Source: an uncultured Staphylococcaceae bacterium (GTDB lineage: Bacteria > Bacillota_I > Bacilli_A > RFN20 > CAG-826). From it: a stretch of DNA of 54,678 nucleotides. Under the pieces are notes generated by a model. That model did no database searches. It was not told the origin of the DNA and was given only the letters and a program-made list of their open reading frames with translations. This document shows, piece after piece, positions 9,291 to 17,244 of this stretch. The stretch lies in the NCBI GenBank assembly GCA_964495145.1, contig CAZBUP010000002.1:1-54678 (forward strand). The letters are read 5' to 3'. Position 1 is the first letter of the stretch; every line of letters starts with the position of its first letter. The translations under genes were made by a program, and so were the position numbers.

Positions 9291-10373
9291 ATGTTGGATC
9301 AAAAACAAGTAGACCAATTGAAGACACTGACGCAATTAAACGGGATTTCGGGACAAGAAAACGAAATTGCCCATTACCTCAAACAGGCTTATGAAAGCCG
9401 CGATCTGCCCATCGTCACCGACAACCTCGGGAGTATTTTCGCCGTCAAGAAAACCAAAATCGACCATCCGGTCCGCGTCATGGTGGCCGGTCACATGGAC
9501 GAAGTTGGTTTCATCGTCATCGACCTGTTCGATAACGGCCTCGTCAAGGGACATGCCGTCGGCGGCTTAAACGCCTTGGCGCTGACGAGCCAAAGAGTAT
9601 TACTGAAAACAAAAAAGGGCGCGTACCTTGTCGGGACCATCGATGCCACCCCGCCGCATTTCACCAAAGATAGCGAACCCAAAGTGCCCGAGATTAAAGA
9701 ATTCCGGTTTGACTTTGGCTATCGTTCGCGCCAAGAAGCCCTCGATGCCGGCATTTACCTCGGGGCGATGATGGTCGTCGACGGACCGTTCGTCGCTTTG
9801 AACGGCGGCCAGCGCTTGATGTCGAAAGCTTTCGACAACCGCTATGGCTTAGCCTTGGGGCTCGATATTCTCGACGAACTGAAAGACGAGCAATTACCCT
9901 ATGATTTATACGTGGGCGGCACCGTTCAGGAAGAAGTCGGCCTGCGTGGCGCCACCACGGCCGCTTATAAAATCCAACCGGATTTGGCCATCGTGCTCGA
10001 TTGTTCCCCAGCCCGCGACGCCGGGGGTGACAAGAGCCAATGGGGCCAATTGGGCCAAGGCGTTTTGCTGCGTTTCGTCGATGGGTCGATGATCGCATAT
10101 AAACCGCTACTGGAATTCCAAGAAGCCTGCGCCAAAGAAGCCGGAGTCCCGGTCCAGTATTTTGACAGCCCGGGCGGAACCGACGCCGGGGCCATCCATC
10201 GTAACGCCGATGGGGTCTTGACCTTGACTCATTGCATCTGTGCCCGCAGCATCCACACCAATTCCTCGATTCTCGACGCCGACGATTACCTCGCCGCCAA
10301 GAAGACTTTGCTGGTGATGCTCCGCCGTTTGAATGCCCAATTGATTGATTCGTTCCGTCAGGAGCGGCGATGA
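9291..10373 (+). CDS. M42-family aminopeptidase (YtoP/PepA-like)
   Basis: ISGQENEIAHYLK, AGHMDEVGF, AFDNRYG and TVQEEVGLRGA are M42 glutamyl-aminopeptidase signatures. The position next to trmB and ytpR matches B. subtilis ytoP. Confidence 0.88.
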   Translation: MLDQKQVDQLKTLTQLNGISGQENEIAHYLKQAYESRDLPIVTDNLGSIFAVKKTKIDHPVRVMVAGHMDEVGFIVIDLFDNGLVKGHAVGGLNALALTSQRVLLKTKKGAYLVGTIDATPPHFTKDSEPKVPEIKEFRFDFGYRSRQEALDAGIYLGAMMVVDGPFVALNGGQRLMSKAFDNRYGLALGLDILDELKDEQLPYDLYVGGTVQEEVGLRGATTAAYKIQPDLAIVLDCSPARDAGGDKSQWGQLGQGVLLRFVDGSMIAYKPLLEFQEACAKEAGVPVQYFDSPGGTDAGAIHRNADGVLTLTHCICARSIHTNSSILDADDYLAAKKTLLVMLRRLNAQLIDSFRQERR

Positions 10374-10939
10374 AAAGTTACGCGTTATTCTACCAACCGC
10401 ATACCCTCGGCGACGTTTTGTTGATCATGTTCGAGCCCGAGGCCTTCCCGACCCGGACAGTCGCTCACGGCGACGTCCACTTGCTATATCAATCGGACCG
10501 TTTGATCGGTCTTAACATCTTCAACATCATGGCCGTTGCCAAGATTCACGCCCATGGCTTATTGACCAATGTCCCGCCGGTTTTAATCGACATCATCAAT
10601 GATTTATTGGCCAATGCCGGCATTGACGTTTTCCTGCCGCCGTATCAAAGCGGCTTTCGGGTAGCCCAAGTCGTCGAAAAAATCTCGCCGACCGAGATTC
10701 GCCTGACGCTCAAAAATGGTTTCAAGCGGGCTCATGATGCTTCTGGAACCCTCTTGGCCAATCAATCAGTCGTCGTGGCACTGGATGGCTCCTTGCTACC
10801 AAATGGACGCGTCTATCATGGAACGGCTGACGAGGTCATGATTTGTTCACGGGCATTGTTCGACCCTAGTCTAGAAGATCGTCCTTTGATCGTGGATGAT
10901 GCTTTCACACCCGGGGCTGACTATTTTCAATGGGAGTAG
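10370..10939 (+). CDS. YtpR-like protein (DUF4479 N-domain plus a divergent tRNA-binding-like OB domain)
   Basis: The sequence is collinear with B. subtilis YtpR as I recall it (FY....LGDVLLI, GLNIFN, QSVVVALDGSLLPNG, MICS). An ATGA overlap joins it to the M42 gene. Confidence 0.65.
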   Translation: MKSYALFYQPHTLGDVLLIMFEPEAFPTRTVAHGDVHLLYQSDRLIGLNIFNIMAVAKIHAHGLLTNVPPVLIDIINDLLANAGIDVFLPPYQSGFRVAQVVEKISPTEIRLTLKNGFKRAHDASGTLLANQSVVVALDGSLLPNGRVYHGTADEVMICSRALFDPSLEDRPLIVDDAFTPGADYFQWE

Positions 10940-10942
10940 CTT

Positions 10943-12040
10943 ATGGAATTGGAAATTACCTTAAAAGAAGCCGGAAAAATCTCGCGCTTGACCAATCGGA
11001 CCTTTGAATTCGATCCAAAGCTCGGCACCGGTTTTTACGCCGCTAATTATTTCCTGAAAACGAACCAGATCGTGAAAACGCTGATTCCAAACCATGTGGT
11101 TACCATGCAGTTTTTCCAGCGTTCGGACGACATCATGGTATGCGGGGTGGACGAAGCTATCGCCTTGATTCACACCTTCGGTGAACATCCCGAGACGCTG
11201 ACCATCCAAGCCTTGAATGACGGCGACCTCATTTCCAGCGGCGAACCGGTCTTGAAAATCACCGGGAAATACGAGTATTTCGGTTTTCTTGAAAGCATGA
11301 TTGACGGCATCTTATCGCGCCGGACCAGCACCGCCACCAACACCATGCGGGTTTTAAGGGCCGCCCATGGAAAACCGGTCTTTTCGATGGCTGACCGCCA
11401 AGACGACTATCGGACCCAAATGGGCGACGGTTATGCGTCATATGTGGCCGGAATCCGCAAAGTCAGCACGAATGCCCAAGGGCATTGGTGGGGTGGACAG
11501 GGCATGGGCACCATGCCCCACGCATTGATTCAAATATGCGACGGAGACATCAAATTAGCCGCCGAGCTATATCATAAAACCTATCCCGACTCCCCGATTA
11601 CCGCCCTGATCGATTACCATAACGACGTGGTCACCGATAGCGTGATGCTGGCCCGTTATTTAAAAGGGCAATTAGCTGCGGTCCGCATCGATACCTCGAT
11701 TGCTTTGATCGATCGGTTCTTTGAAGGCAAGGACACGCGGGGCTTTGATCCTCACGGCGTCTGCAAAGAGCTGGTCTTCGGCCTTCGGGAAGCGCTGGAT
11801 GCAGCCGGATTTCCGGAAGTCAAAATCATCGTCAGTAGCGGGTTCACCGCCGAGAAGATCGCCGATTTCGAAAAGGCTAAAACCCCGGTTGACATGTATG
11901 GCGTCGGCGGTCATTTGGTCCCCTTGATCGTCAATTTCACCGGCGACCTCGTCAATCTCGACGGAAAGCCCCAAGCCAAGGTCGGCCGTCACGAAGTGAT
12001 GTCGGAGCGACTGAAGAAAGTCCCCTATCCGATTTATTGA
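10943..12040 (+). CDS. Nicotinate phosphoribosyltransferase family protein, short (archaeal/type II PRTase-like) form
   Basis: YFLKTNQIV, GTMPHALIQ, LIDYHND and VRIDTS match the short NAPRTase/QAPRTase-fold family. At 365 aa it is much shorter than the roughly 490-aa PncB. Confidence 0.65.
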   Translation: MELEITLKEAGKISRLTNRTFEFDPKLGTGFYAANYFLKTNQIVKTLIPNHVVTMQFFQRSDDIMVCGVDEAIALIHTFGEHPETLTIQALNDGDLISSGEPVLKITGKYEYFGFLESMIDGILSRRTSTATNTMRVLRAAHGKPVFSMADRQDDYRTQMGDGYASYVAGIRKVSTNAQGHWWGGQGMGTMPHALIQICDGDIKLAAELYHKTYPDSPITALIDYHNDVVTDSVMLARYLKGQLAAVRIDTSIALIDRFFEGKDTRGFDPHGVCKELVFGLREALDAAGFPEVKIIVSSGFTAEKIADFEKAKTPVDMYGVGGHLVPLIVNFTGDLVNLDGKPQAKVGRHEVMSERLKKVPYPIY

Positions 12041-12058
12041 TATTTTCATTCGTTTTCA

Positions 12059-12086
12059 TTGCAAATGTAAATTTTCCTGATACAAT
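12059..12086 (+). promoter_or_regulatory. Sigma-A type promoter of the LacI-family regulator gene
   Basis: TTGCAA (12059-12064), 16-nt spacer, TACAAT (12081-12086), about 30 nt upstream of the ATG. Confidence 0.55.
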
Positions 12087-12114
12087 GTAAAATACTCATT
12101 GCGGGAGGTTTCTT

Positions 12115-13113
12115 ATGCGTAACATTAAAGATCGGGTCACCATCTACGAAGTCGCTAAAGCCAGCGGCGTTTCCCTAGCCACCGTTTCCCGAGTCATCAA
12201 CCATAACGACAATGTTACGGAAGCCACCCGGCAGCGAGTCCAAGAAACCATTCAAAGATTGGGGTACAAGCCGAGCGCCCTGGCGCGCGGACTGGCCACC
12301 AATCGCACCACCAATATCGGGATCGTCATCCCAAGCGCCAACTACGTTTATATCGCCAACATGCTCAACGGCATGACCGACGAAGCCAAGAACAAAGGCT
12401 ACCAGTTGACATTGTTCGTCACCAACCACTCGAAGGAAGACGCCCTTCAAATGGTCGAGAAAGTCATTACGTCCCATGTCGACGGGGCCATCATTTTCGA
12501 TGATGAGCTCGACGTCGAGGAAGTCAATAAAATCAGTTCCTATAAAATTCCGCTGGTGGTCATCAACAACCATTTGACCGACGAACGGGTCGCTTGCATC
12601 AACTTCGGCTACGAAAAGGAAATCAAAACTGTGATCCGGGAATACTTCGCCAAGGGCGACAAGAAGATGTATTTCCTGCACTTGCACCATTCGGGCCGCC
12701 TCCTGCAGCGGATTGAGCACGCCTTCGTCGACGCCCATGTCGAAGCCATGCGCGGCTATGGCATCTATAGCGTCGAAGACAGCTATCGGCAAACTTATGC
12801 CGATTTCATGGAAATCTTCAAATCGACCCGGTCCGGTTATTTCCTAGCCCACCGCGACAGTTTGGCCGCCGCCGTCATCAACGCCGCCATCGACAGCGGA
12901 CTGCGGGTCCCCGAAGAAGTCGAAGTCCTTTCGATTGTTGGGACCAAGTACGCCAGCATCATCCGGCCCCATGTCTCGTCGTTGCACATTGACATGAAGG
13001 AAGTCGGAGCCAAATCCATGCAGATCATGGGCGATCTACTATCTGGAAACGACATTCCCCACGTCCACAAATTCGAGTCGACGTTCGTCAAGCGCGACAG
13101 CACCAAATACTAG
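12115..13113 (+). CDS. LacI/GalR-family transcriptional regulator (possible CcpA-position orthologue)
   Basis: The N-terminal HTH VTIYEVAKASGVSLATVSRVINHNDNV and the hinge RLGYKPSALARGLATNRTTNIGIVIP are present, followed by a periplasmic-binding-protein-like core. RBS is GGGAGG. Confidence 0.9.
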   Translation: MRNIKDRVTIYEVAKASGVSLATVSRVINHNDNVTEATRQRVQETIQRLGYKPSALARGLATNRTTNIGIVIPSANYVYIANMLNGMTDEAKNKGYQLTLFVTNHSKEDALQMVEKVITSHVDGAIIFDDELDVEEVNKISSYKIPLVVINNHLTDERVACINFGYEKEIKTVIREYFAKGDKKMYFLHLHHSGRLLQRIEHAFVDAHVEAMRGYGIYSVEDSYRQTYADFMEIFKSTRSGYFLAHRDSLAAAVINAAIDSGLRVPEEVEVLSIVGTKYASIIRPHVSSLHIDMKEVGAKSMQIMGDLLSGNDIPHVHKFESTFVKRDSTKY

Positions 13114-13115
13114 AT

Positions 13116-13144
13116 TTGATAATATCGCGATATTTGTTTACAAT
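13116..13144 (+). promoter_or_regulatory. Sigma-A type promoter of the tyrS T-box leader
   Basis: TTGATA (13116-13121), 17-nt spacer, TACAAT (13139-13144). Confidence 0.65.
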
Positions 13145-13150
13145 ATTAAG

Positions 13151-13341
13151 TGCTTTGACCAAGGCCAGTACCATCACGAGCGAGTTACGTCCAGTGTAAG
13201 GTAACGATGGGAATTACCCCTTGCGAGCATGTCGGCGAAAACCGACCGTCCGATGCGTTAAATCGACAATGAGGGGCCGGTGATCCGGCAACTAAGGTGG
13301 TACCACGTGAAAGCGTCCTTAGAGGGCGTTTTTCTTTTTTT
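13151..13341 (+). promoter_or_regulatory. T-box riboswitch leader of tyrS, with predicted specifier UAC (Tyr)
   Basis: The T-box motif AACTAAGGTGGTACCACG is at 13290-13307. Stem III is GCCGG-TGAT-CCGGC. A terminator (CGTCCT/AGGGCG) and a T-run end at 13341. My fold of stem I has helix CAAGG (13160-13164) / CCTTG (13219-13223), an S-turn pair AGTA/GAA, and UAC at 13215-13217. Confidence 0.85.
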
Positions 13342-13353
13342 AGGAGGGCAACC

Positions 13354-14604
13354 ATGAAATTATTCGAAGATTTGGAATTCCGAGGCCTAGTCAAGGACGT
13401 ATCCAACCTGGACACCTTCAAACAGCTGTTGGAGACGCCGCAGACGATTTATTGCGGATTTGATCCGAGCGCCAGCAGCATGCACTTAGGCAATTTCGTC
13501 ATGATTTCGCTATTAATGCGATTCCAACAAGCCGGGCACCGGGTCATCGCCGTGGTGGGCGGTGGTACCGGCATGATCGGCGACCCGAGCGGGAAAAGCA
13601 AGGAACGCAACCTGTTGAACACCTACGATTTGCGTCAAAACACCAACGCCATTCGGGGTCAGTTGGAGCGATTCATCAATCTGCGGGACCCGAGCCAAGG
13701 GCTTTTGGTCAACAATTACGATTGGCTGTCGAAACTGAATATGCTCGATTACCTCCGCGAATACGGGAAACTATTCCCGATCAATTACATGCTCAGCAAG
13801 GAAATCGTCGCCAATCGCCTCGAATCGGGCATATCCTACACCGAGTTCAGCTACATGATCCTGCAATCAATCGATTTTTGGACCTTGTTCAAGCGCTATG
13901 GCTGCCGAATCCAAATCGGCGGTTCCGACCAATGGGGCAATCTGACGGCCGGACTCGAATTGATCCGCAAGTTGAGCACCGAGCAAGAGCCGCTGGCGGT
14001 ATTTACCGCCCCTTTGATCACCACGAGCGACGGACGCAAGTTCGGCAAATCGGAAGAAGGAGCCTTGTTCCTCGACCCCAGTTTGACCTCGCCTTACAAA
14101 CTCTATCAATATTTCATCAATACGGGCGATGACGACGCGATCCGCTATTTGAAAGTGTTTACCTTCTTGACCCGGGTTGAAATCGAAACGATCGCCGAGG
14201 AGCACCGGGCTTCACCCCATTTGCGCTTGGGTCAAAAACGGTTGGCGGAAGAAGTCGTCCGCATCGTCCACGGCGAAAATGCCGCCAAAGAAGCGATGAC
14301 CATGTCGGAAGTCCTCTTCAATGGCGAAATCCGGCGCCTGTCGAAGTCGCAACTTGAAGATGCGTTGGGTTCCTTGACGGTAGAAGTGACGGATAAACTG
14401 CCTTTGGTAGATTTGCTATTGGCCGTCAAAGCGGCTTCCAGCAAACGCGAAGCCCGGGAATTCATCACCGGACGGTCGATTTCCATCAATGGCGAAATCG
14501 TGACCGATCTTGAAAAAGTCATCAAGGCCGAAGATGGCCTCTTTGGCCAATACACCGTCATCCGGCGCGGCAAAAAGAATTACTATTTGGCCAACCACCA
14601 TTAA
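13354..14604 (+). CDS. tyrS: Tyrosyl-tRNA synthetase
   Basis: MKLFEDLEFRGLV, a HIGH-type motif (PSASSMHLGN), KFGKS (KMSKS-type) and a C-terminal S4-like domain are present. AGGAGG at 13342-13347 places the start at ATG 13354, not the ORF-track 13297. Confidence 0.95.
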   Translation: MKLFEDLEFRGLVKDVSNLDTFKQLLETPQTIYCGFDPSASSMHLGNFVMISLLMRFQQAGHRVIAVVGGGTGMIGDPSGKSKERNLLNTYDLRQNTNAIRGQLERFINLRDPSQGLLVNNYDWLSKLNMLDYLREYGKLFPINYMLSKEIVANRLESGISYTEFSYMILQSIDFWTLFKRYGCRIQIGGSDQWGNLTAGLELIRKLSTEQEPLAVFTAPLITTSDGRKFGKSEEGALFLDPSLTSPYKLYQYFINTGDDDAIRYLKVFTFLTRVEIETIAEEHRASPHLRLGQKRLAEEVVRIVHGENAAKEAMTMSEVLFNGEIRRLSKSQLEDALGSLTVEVTDKLPLVDLLLAVKAASSKREAREFITGRSISINGEIVTDLEKVIKAEDGLFGQYTVIRRGKKNYYLANHH

Positions 14605-14631
14605 AACCATCGATTGAAATGATAAAAAGAA

Positions 14632-14657
14632 AACAAGACCAAGGTCTTGTTTTTTTG
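14632..14657. terminator. Bidirectional intrinsic terminator between convergent tyrS and rpsD
   Basis: The stem AACAAGAC (14632-14639) / GTCTTGTT (14644-14651) is flanked by an A-run upstream and a T-run downstream. Confidence 0.8.
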
Positions 14658-14673
14658 CTCTTTGGACGCTTGA

Positions 14674-15279
14674 TTACAACAAGCGGTTGTAGTATTCGAC
14701 GATTTGCGATTCGACGATGTCTTGGGCCAATTCGGCGCGTTCCGGCAGGCGTAGCAATTTGCCGGTGAGCTTTTCCTTGTCGACCGAGACGTACCCAAGG
14801 GTGCCGGCGATCGATTCAAGCGAGGCCTTGACGGCGACGAGGTCGGCGCTTTTTTCAGCGATGCCAATCACGTCGTTGACCGAGCAAAGATAGCTCGGGA
14901 TATCGACTTTCTTGCCGTTGACGGTCACGTGGCCGTGGTTGACGAGTTGCCGACCCATCTTCCGGGTCCGGGCAAAGCCCATCCGGTAGACGATGTTGTC
15001 AAGACGCGATTCCAGCACTTGCATGAAGGCAAGGCCGGTGACTTCTTTGCTGGACTTGGCGATCATGAACAAGCGGCGGAATTGCCGTTCGTTGACGCCG
15101 TACATGAAGCGGAGCTTTTGCTTTTCGAGCAATTGCTTGCCGTATTCCGACGGTTTCCGTTTGCGGTCGTTGCCATGTTGGCCGGGGCCGTAGGGGCGCC
15201 GGGTCAATTCCTTGCCGGTTTCCAGCGTGGAAAAGTGAAGACGACGCGATCGTTTCCAATCTGATCCTGTAAATCTCAT
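14674..15279 (-). CDS. rpsD: 30S ribosomal protein S4
   Basis: MRFTGSDWKRSRRL...PGQHG...EKQKLRFMYG is canonical S4, at 201 aa. Confidence 0.97.
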   Translation of the reverse strand: MRFTGSDWKRSRRLHFSTLETGKELTRRPYGPGQHGNDRKRKPSEYGKQLLEKQKLRFMYGVNERQFRRLFMIAKSSKEVTGLAFMQVLESRLDNIVYRMGFARTRKMGRQLVNHGHVTVNGKKVDIPSYLCSVNDVIGIAEKSADLVAVKASLESIAGTLGYVSVDKEKLTGKLLRLPERAELAQDIVESQIVEYYNRLL

Positions 15280-15428
15280 GTGTATCTCCTTTACATGTTT
15301 AGGCGATGTAATAGGGGTGGATTCCTGATCCCGGATGTCGCGATGACGATTTCACCTTAGAGCTTCGGTTACTTTACTCCCATGTTCGCGAGGTCGGACG
15401 GATCGTATCTACCTGCTGCCAGACATGC
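15280..15428 (-). promoter_or_regulatory. Long 5' leader of rpsD (candidate S4 autoregulatory leader)
   Basis: About 150 nt lie between the predicted promoter and the start codon. The region is GC-rich and structured, in contrast to the AT-rich promoter DNA. B. subtilis rpsD is known to be autoregulated through its leader. Confidence 0.4.
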
Positions 15429-15434
15429 TCAATT

Positions 15435-15463
15435 AATATATATGGTTATTTTTGGGTTGTCAA
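15435..15463 (-). promoter_or_regulatory. Sigma-A type promoter of rpsD
   Basis: On the minus strand: TTGACA (15463-15458), 17-nt spacer, TATATT (15440-15435). Confidence 0.65.
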
Positions 15464-15583
15464 CCGAAAGGGTCATTCCTATAAAAAATACTTTTTTATA
15501 CAGGGTTATTTTAGTATGATTGTTAATAGCGGGAAGCGATTTTCAAGTTCATCACTTGTGATATACTTACAAAGAGGCAAATC

Positions 15584-17203
15584 ATGTTTTTTCCAAAAAA
15601 GAGCCTGACCGATCTGGAGAAGCGTTACGAGCACAGTCACGCCCTCTTCACCTCCCACGACAAGACGATCGTCGACCGTTTGGCTTCGATTGCCAACCGC
15701 AATATTTTATATGTCTCGATCCATGACGAATACGAGGCCCGCTACGACAAAATCAAAGACGAGTACCTGAGCCCGGTTTCCCAAACGATCAATTCGCTGC
15801 GCGGCATGGTCGAAGAGAAGAACATGAAGGGGTTCAAATCCCTGTTCGAACCGGCCCGCAGCATGGTCGCCAATTTTGAAAATGAAGTCAAGAGCCTGAC
15901 CCGTGATCTTGAAAAGATCATGAAGCCGGAAGAAGACGCCCGTTCGGCCGCCTATTCCATCAAGGAAGACATCCGGCGCCTTCGGGATACCTATCGGCTC
16001 CACCAGGGCGAGTTGTCGTTGATCGAGAAATCGTTCGATCGCTTGTTCAACAACGTCGACGCGACCTTGAAGCGGATTGACGACTTGATTGAAATCGCCG
16101 ATTACGGCGAATCGCTCAACCTGATCGAGAAACTGAAACGGCTCGACCGGCAAGTCGAAAGCGTCATCATCGAAGCCCCGACCCTATGCGTCATGATCGA
16201 GCGGATCGTGCCCGAAAAAATCAAAGCCCTGCGCGAGGAAAGCGAACGCATGGTTAAGAAGGGCTATCCGATCCACCACTTGATGCTGAACATCACCATC
16301 GACAAGATCGCCGATGAACTGGTCACCTTGACGAGCCAAATCGCCAACCTTGACGTCGCCGGCATCCACGATCACCTGCAAGTTTCGGTGACCAAAATCG
16401 AAAGTTTCTATGCCCGTTTCGAAGAAGAAAAAGAAGCCAAGGTCGTCTTCGAAAAGGACTATCAAGCCACCTATAACCATGTCAACGAAATCGAGCGTTC
16501 GTTCATCCGCTTGAACTCGACCTTACCCCAAATCAAGCAATATTATGTAATCGGCTCGCAGCAAGCCGCCAATATCGAAACGATCCGGCAATTGATTTCC
16601 AAAATCAACATGACCAAACGCGGCCTCGACACCTTGGTGCTTTCGGCCACGAAACAGCCTTACTCGCTCCAAGTCGGCATCATTAAAAACCTCCAGAACG
16701 AAACCGCCACCGCCGTAGCCTTGATTGATGATTTCAACCGCTACTTGGCGTCGCTTAAAACGAAATCCGACGAAGCTTACCAGCTCGTCAACGTCTACTA
16801 CGGCAAATTCAAGGAAGGCGAACACAAAGTCGCCGAGTTGAATGTCGAGGCCATCACCAATGAAATCCAACCGATGTTCGACGATTTCTATGAAAGCCTG
16901 CGCATCGTCCATGAAACCTTAAAGGTGCTTCCAATCGACATCGAAGTGATCGATGCCCAAGTCAAACATTTGAAAGGCGACGGCGAATCGCTTTTATTAA
17001 GGATTGACCAAGAAGCGAAGACAGCCCTATTGGCCGAAAGCGCCATCGTACTGGCCAATCGCGACCGGCACCGCCTCACCGACTATCACCGGGTTCTGGC
17101 CGCCGCCGAATCCTCGTTCGAAAGCGGGTCTTTCCAGCAAGCCTATCTCGAAGCCGGCAATCTCCTTAAAAAGATCGCCGCCCAACTGGAACGATCGAAA
17201 TAA
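15584..17203 (+). CDS. ezrA: EzrA-family septation ring regulator homologue, lacking the N-terminal transmembrane anchor
   Basis: 539-aa coiled-coil protein that is collinear with EzrA (MVKKGYPIHHL..., C-terminal IVLANRDRHR resembling the QNR patch). It shows synteny with rpsD and tyrS as in B. subtilis. RBS AAAGAGG is present. An in-frame TAG at 15527-15529 excludes an upstream extension. Confidence 0.7.
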   Translation: MFFPKKSLTDLEKRYEHSHALFTSHDKTIVDRLASIANRNILYVSIHDEYEARYDKIKDEYLSPVSQTINSLRGMVEEKNMKGFKSLFEPARSMVANFENEVKSLTRDLEKIMKPEEDARSAAYSIKEDIRRLRDTYRLHQGELSLIEKSFDRLFNNVDATLKRIDDLIEIADYGESLNLIEKLKRLDRQVESVIIEAPTLCVMIERIVPEKIKALREESERMVKKGYPIHHLMLNITIDKIADELVTLTSQIANLDVAGIHDHLQVSVTKIESFYARFEEEKEAKVVFEKDYQATYNHVNEIERSFIRLNSTLPQIKQYYVIGSQQAANIETIRQLISKINMTKRGLDTLVLSATKQPYSLQVGIIKNLQNETATAVALIDDFNRYLASLKTKSDEAYQLVNVYYGKFKEGEHKVAELNVEAITNEIQPMFDDFYESLRIVHETLKVLPIDIEVIDAQVKHLKGDGESLLLRIDQEAKTALLAESAIVLANRDRHRLTDYHRVLAAAESSFESGSFQQAYLEAGNLLKKIAAQLERSK

Positions 17204-17244
17204 CCATCGTCGTTTTAACTTGTTAAAGATAGAAGGAGCATAAC

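Noticed and set aside
12064-12091. A direct repeat AATGTAAA (12064-12071 and 12084-12091) overlapping the -35 and -10 elements of the LacI-family gene promoter, considered as an auto-operator.
   Set aside because: LacI-family operators are palindromic with a central CG. This is an 8-nt AT-rich direct repeat that could easily arise by chance in promoter DNA.
15443-15520. A 25-codon mini-ORF (MVIFGLSTERVIPIKNTFLYRVILV) upstream of ezrA, considered as a detached EzrA membrane anchor.
   Set aside because: It is in a different frame and has charged residues in the middle, so it is not a TM helix. It has no RBS and overlaps the rpsD promoter on the opposite strand.
17204-17244. I looked for a glycine riboswitch upstream of gcvT.
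   Set aside because: The gap is only 41 nt and consists essentially of an RBS and a spacer. No riboswitch can fit there.
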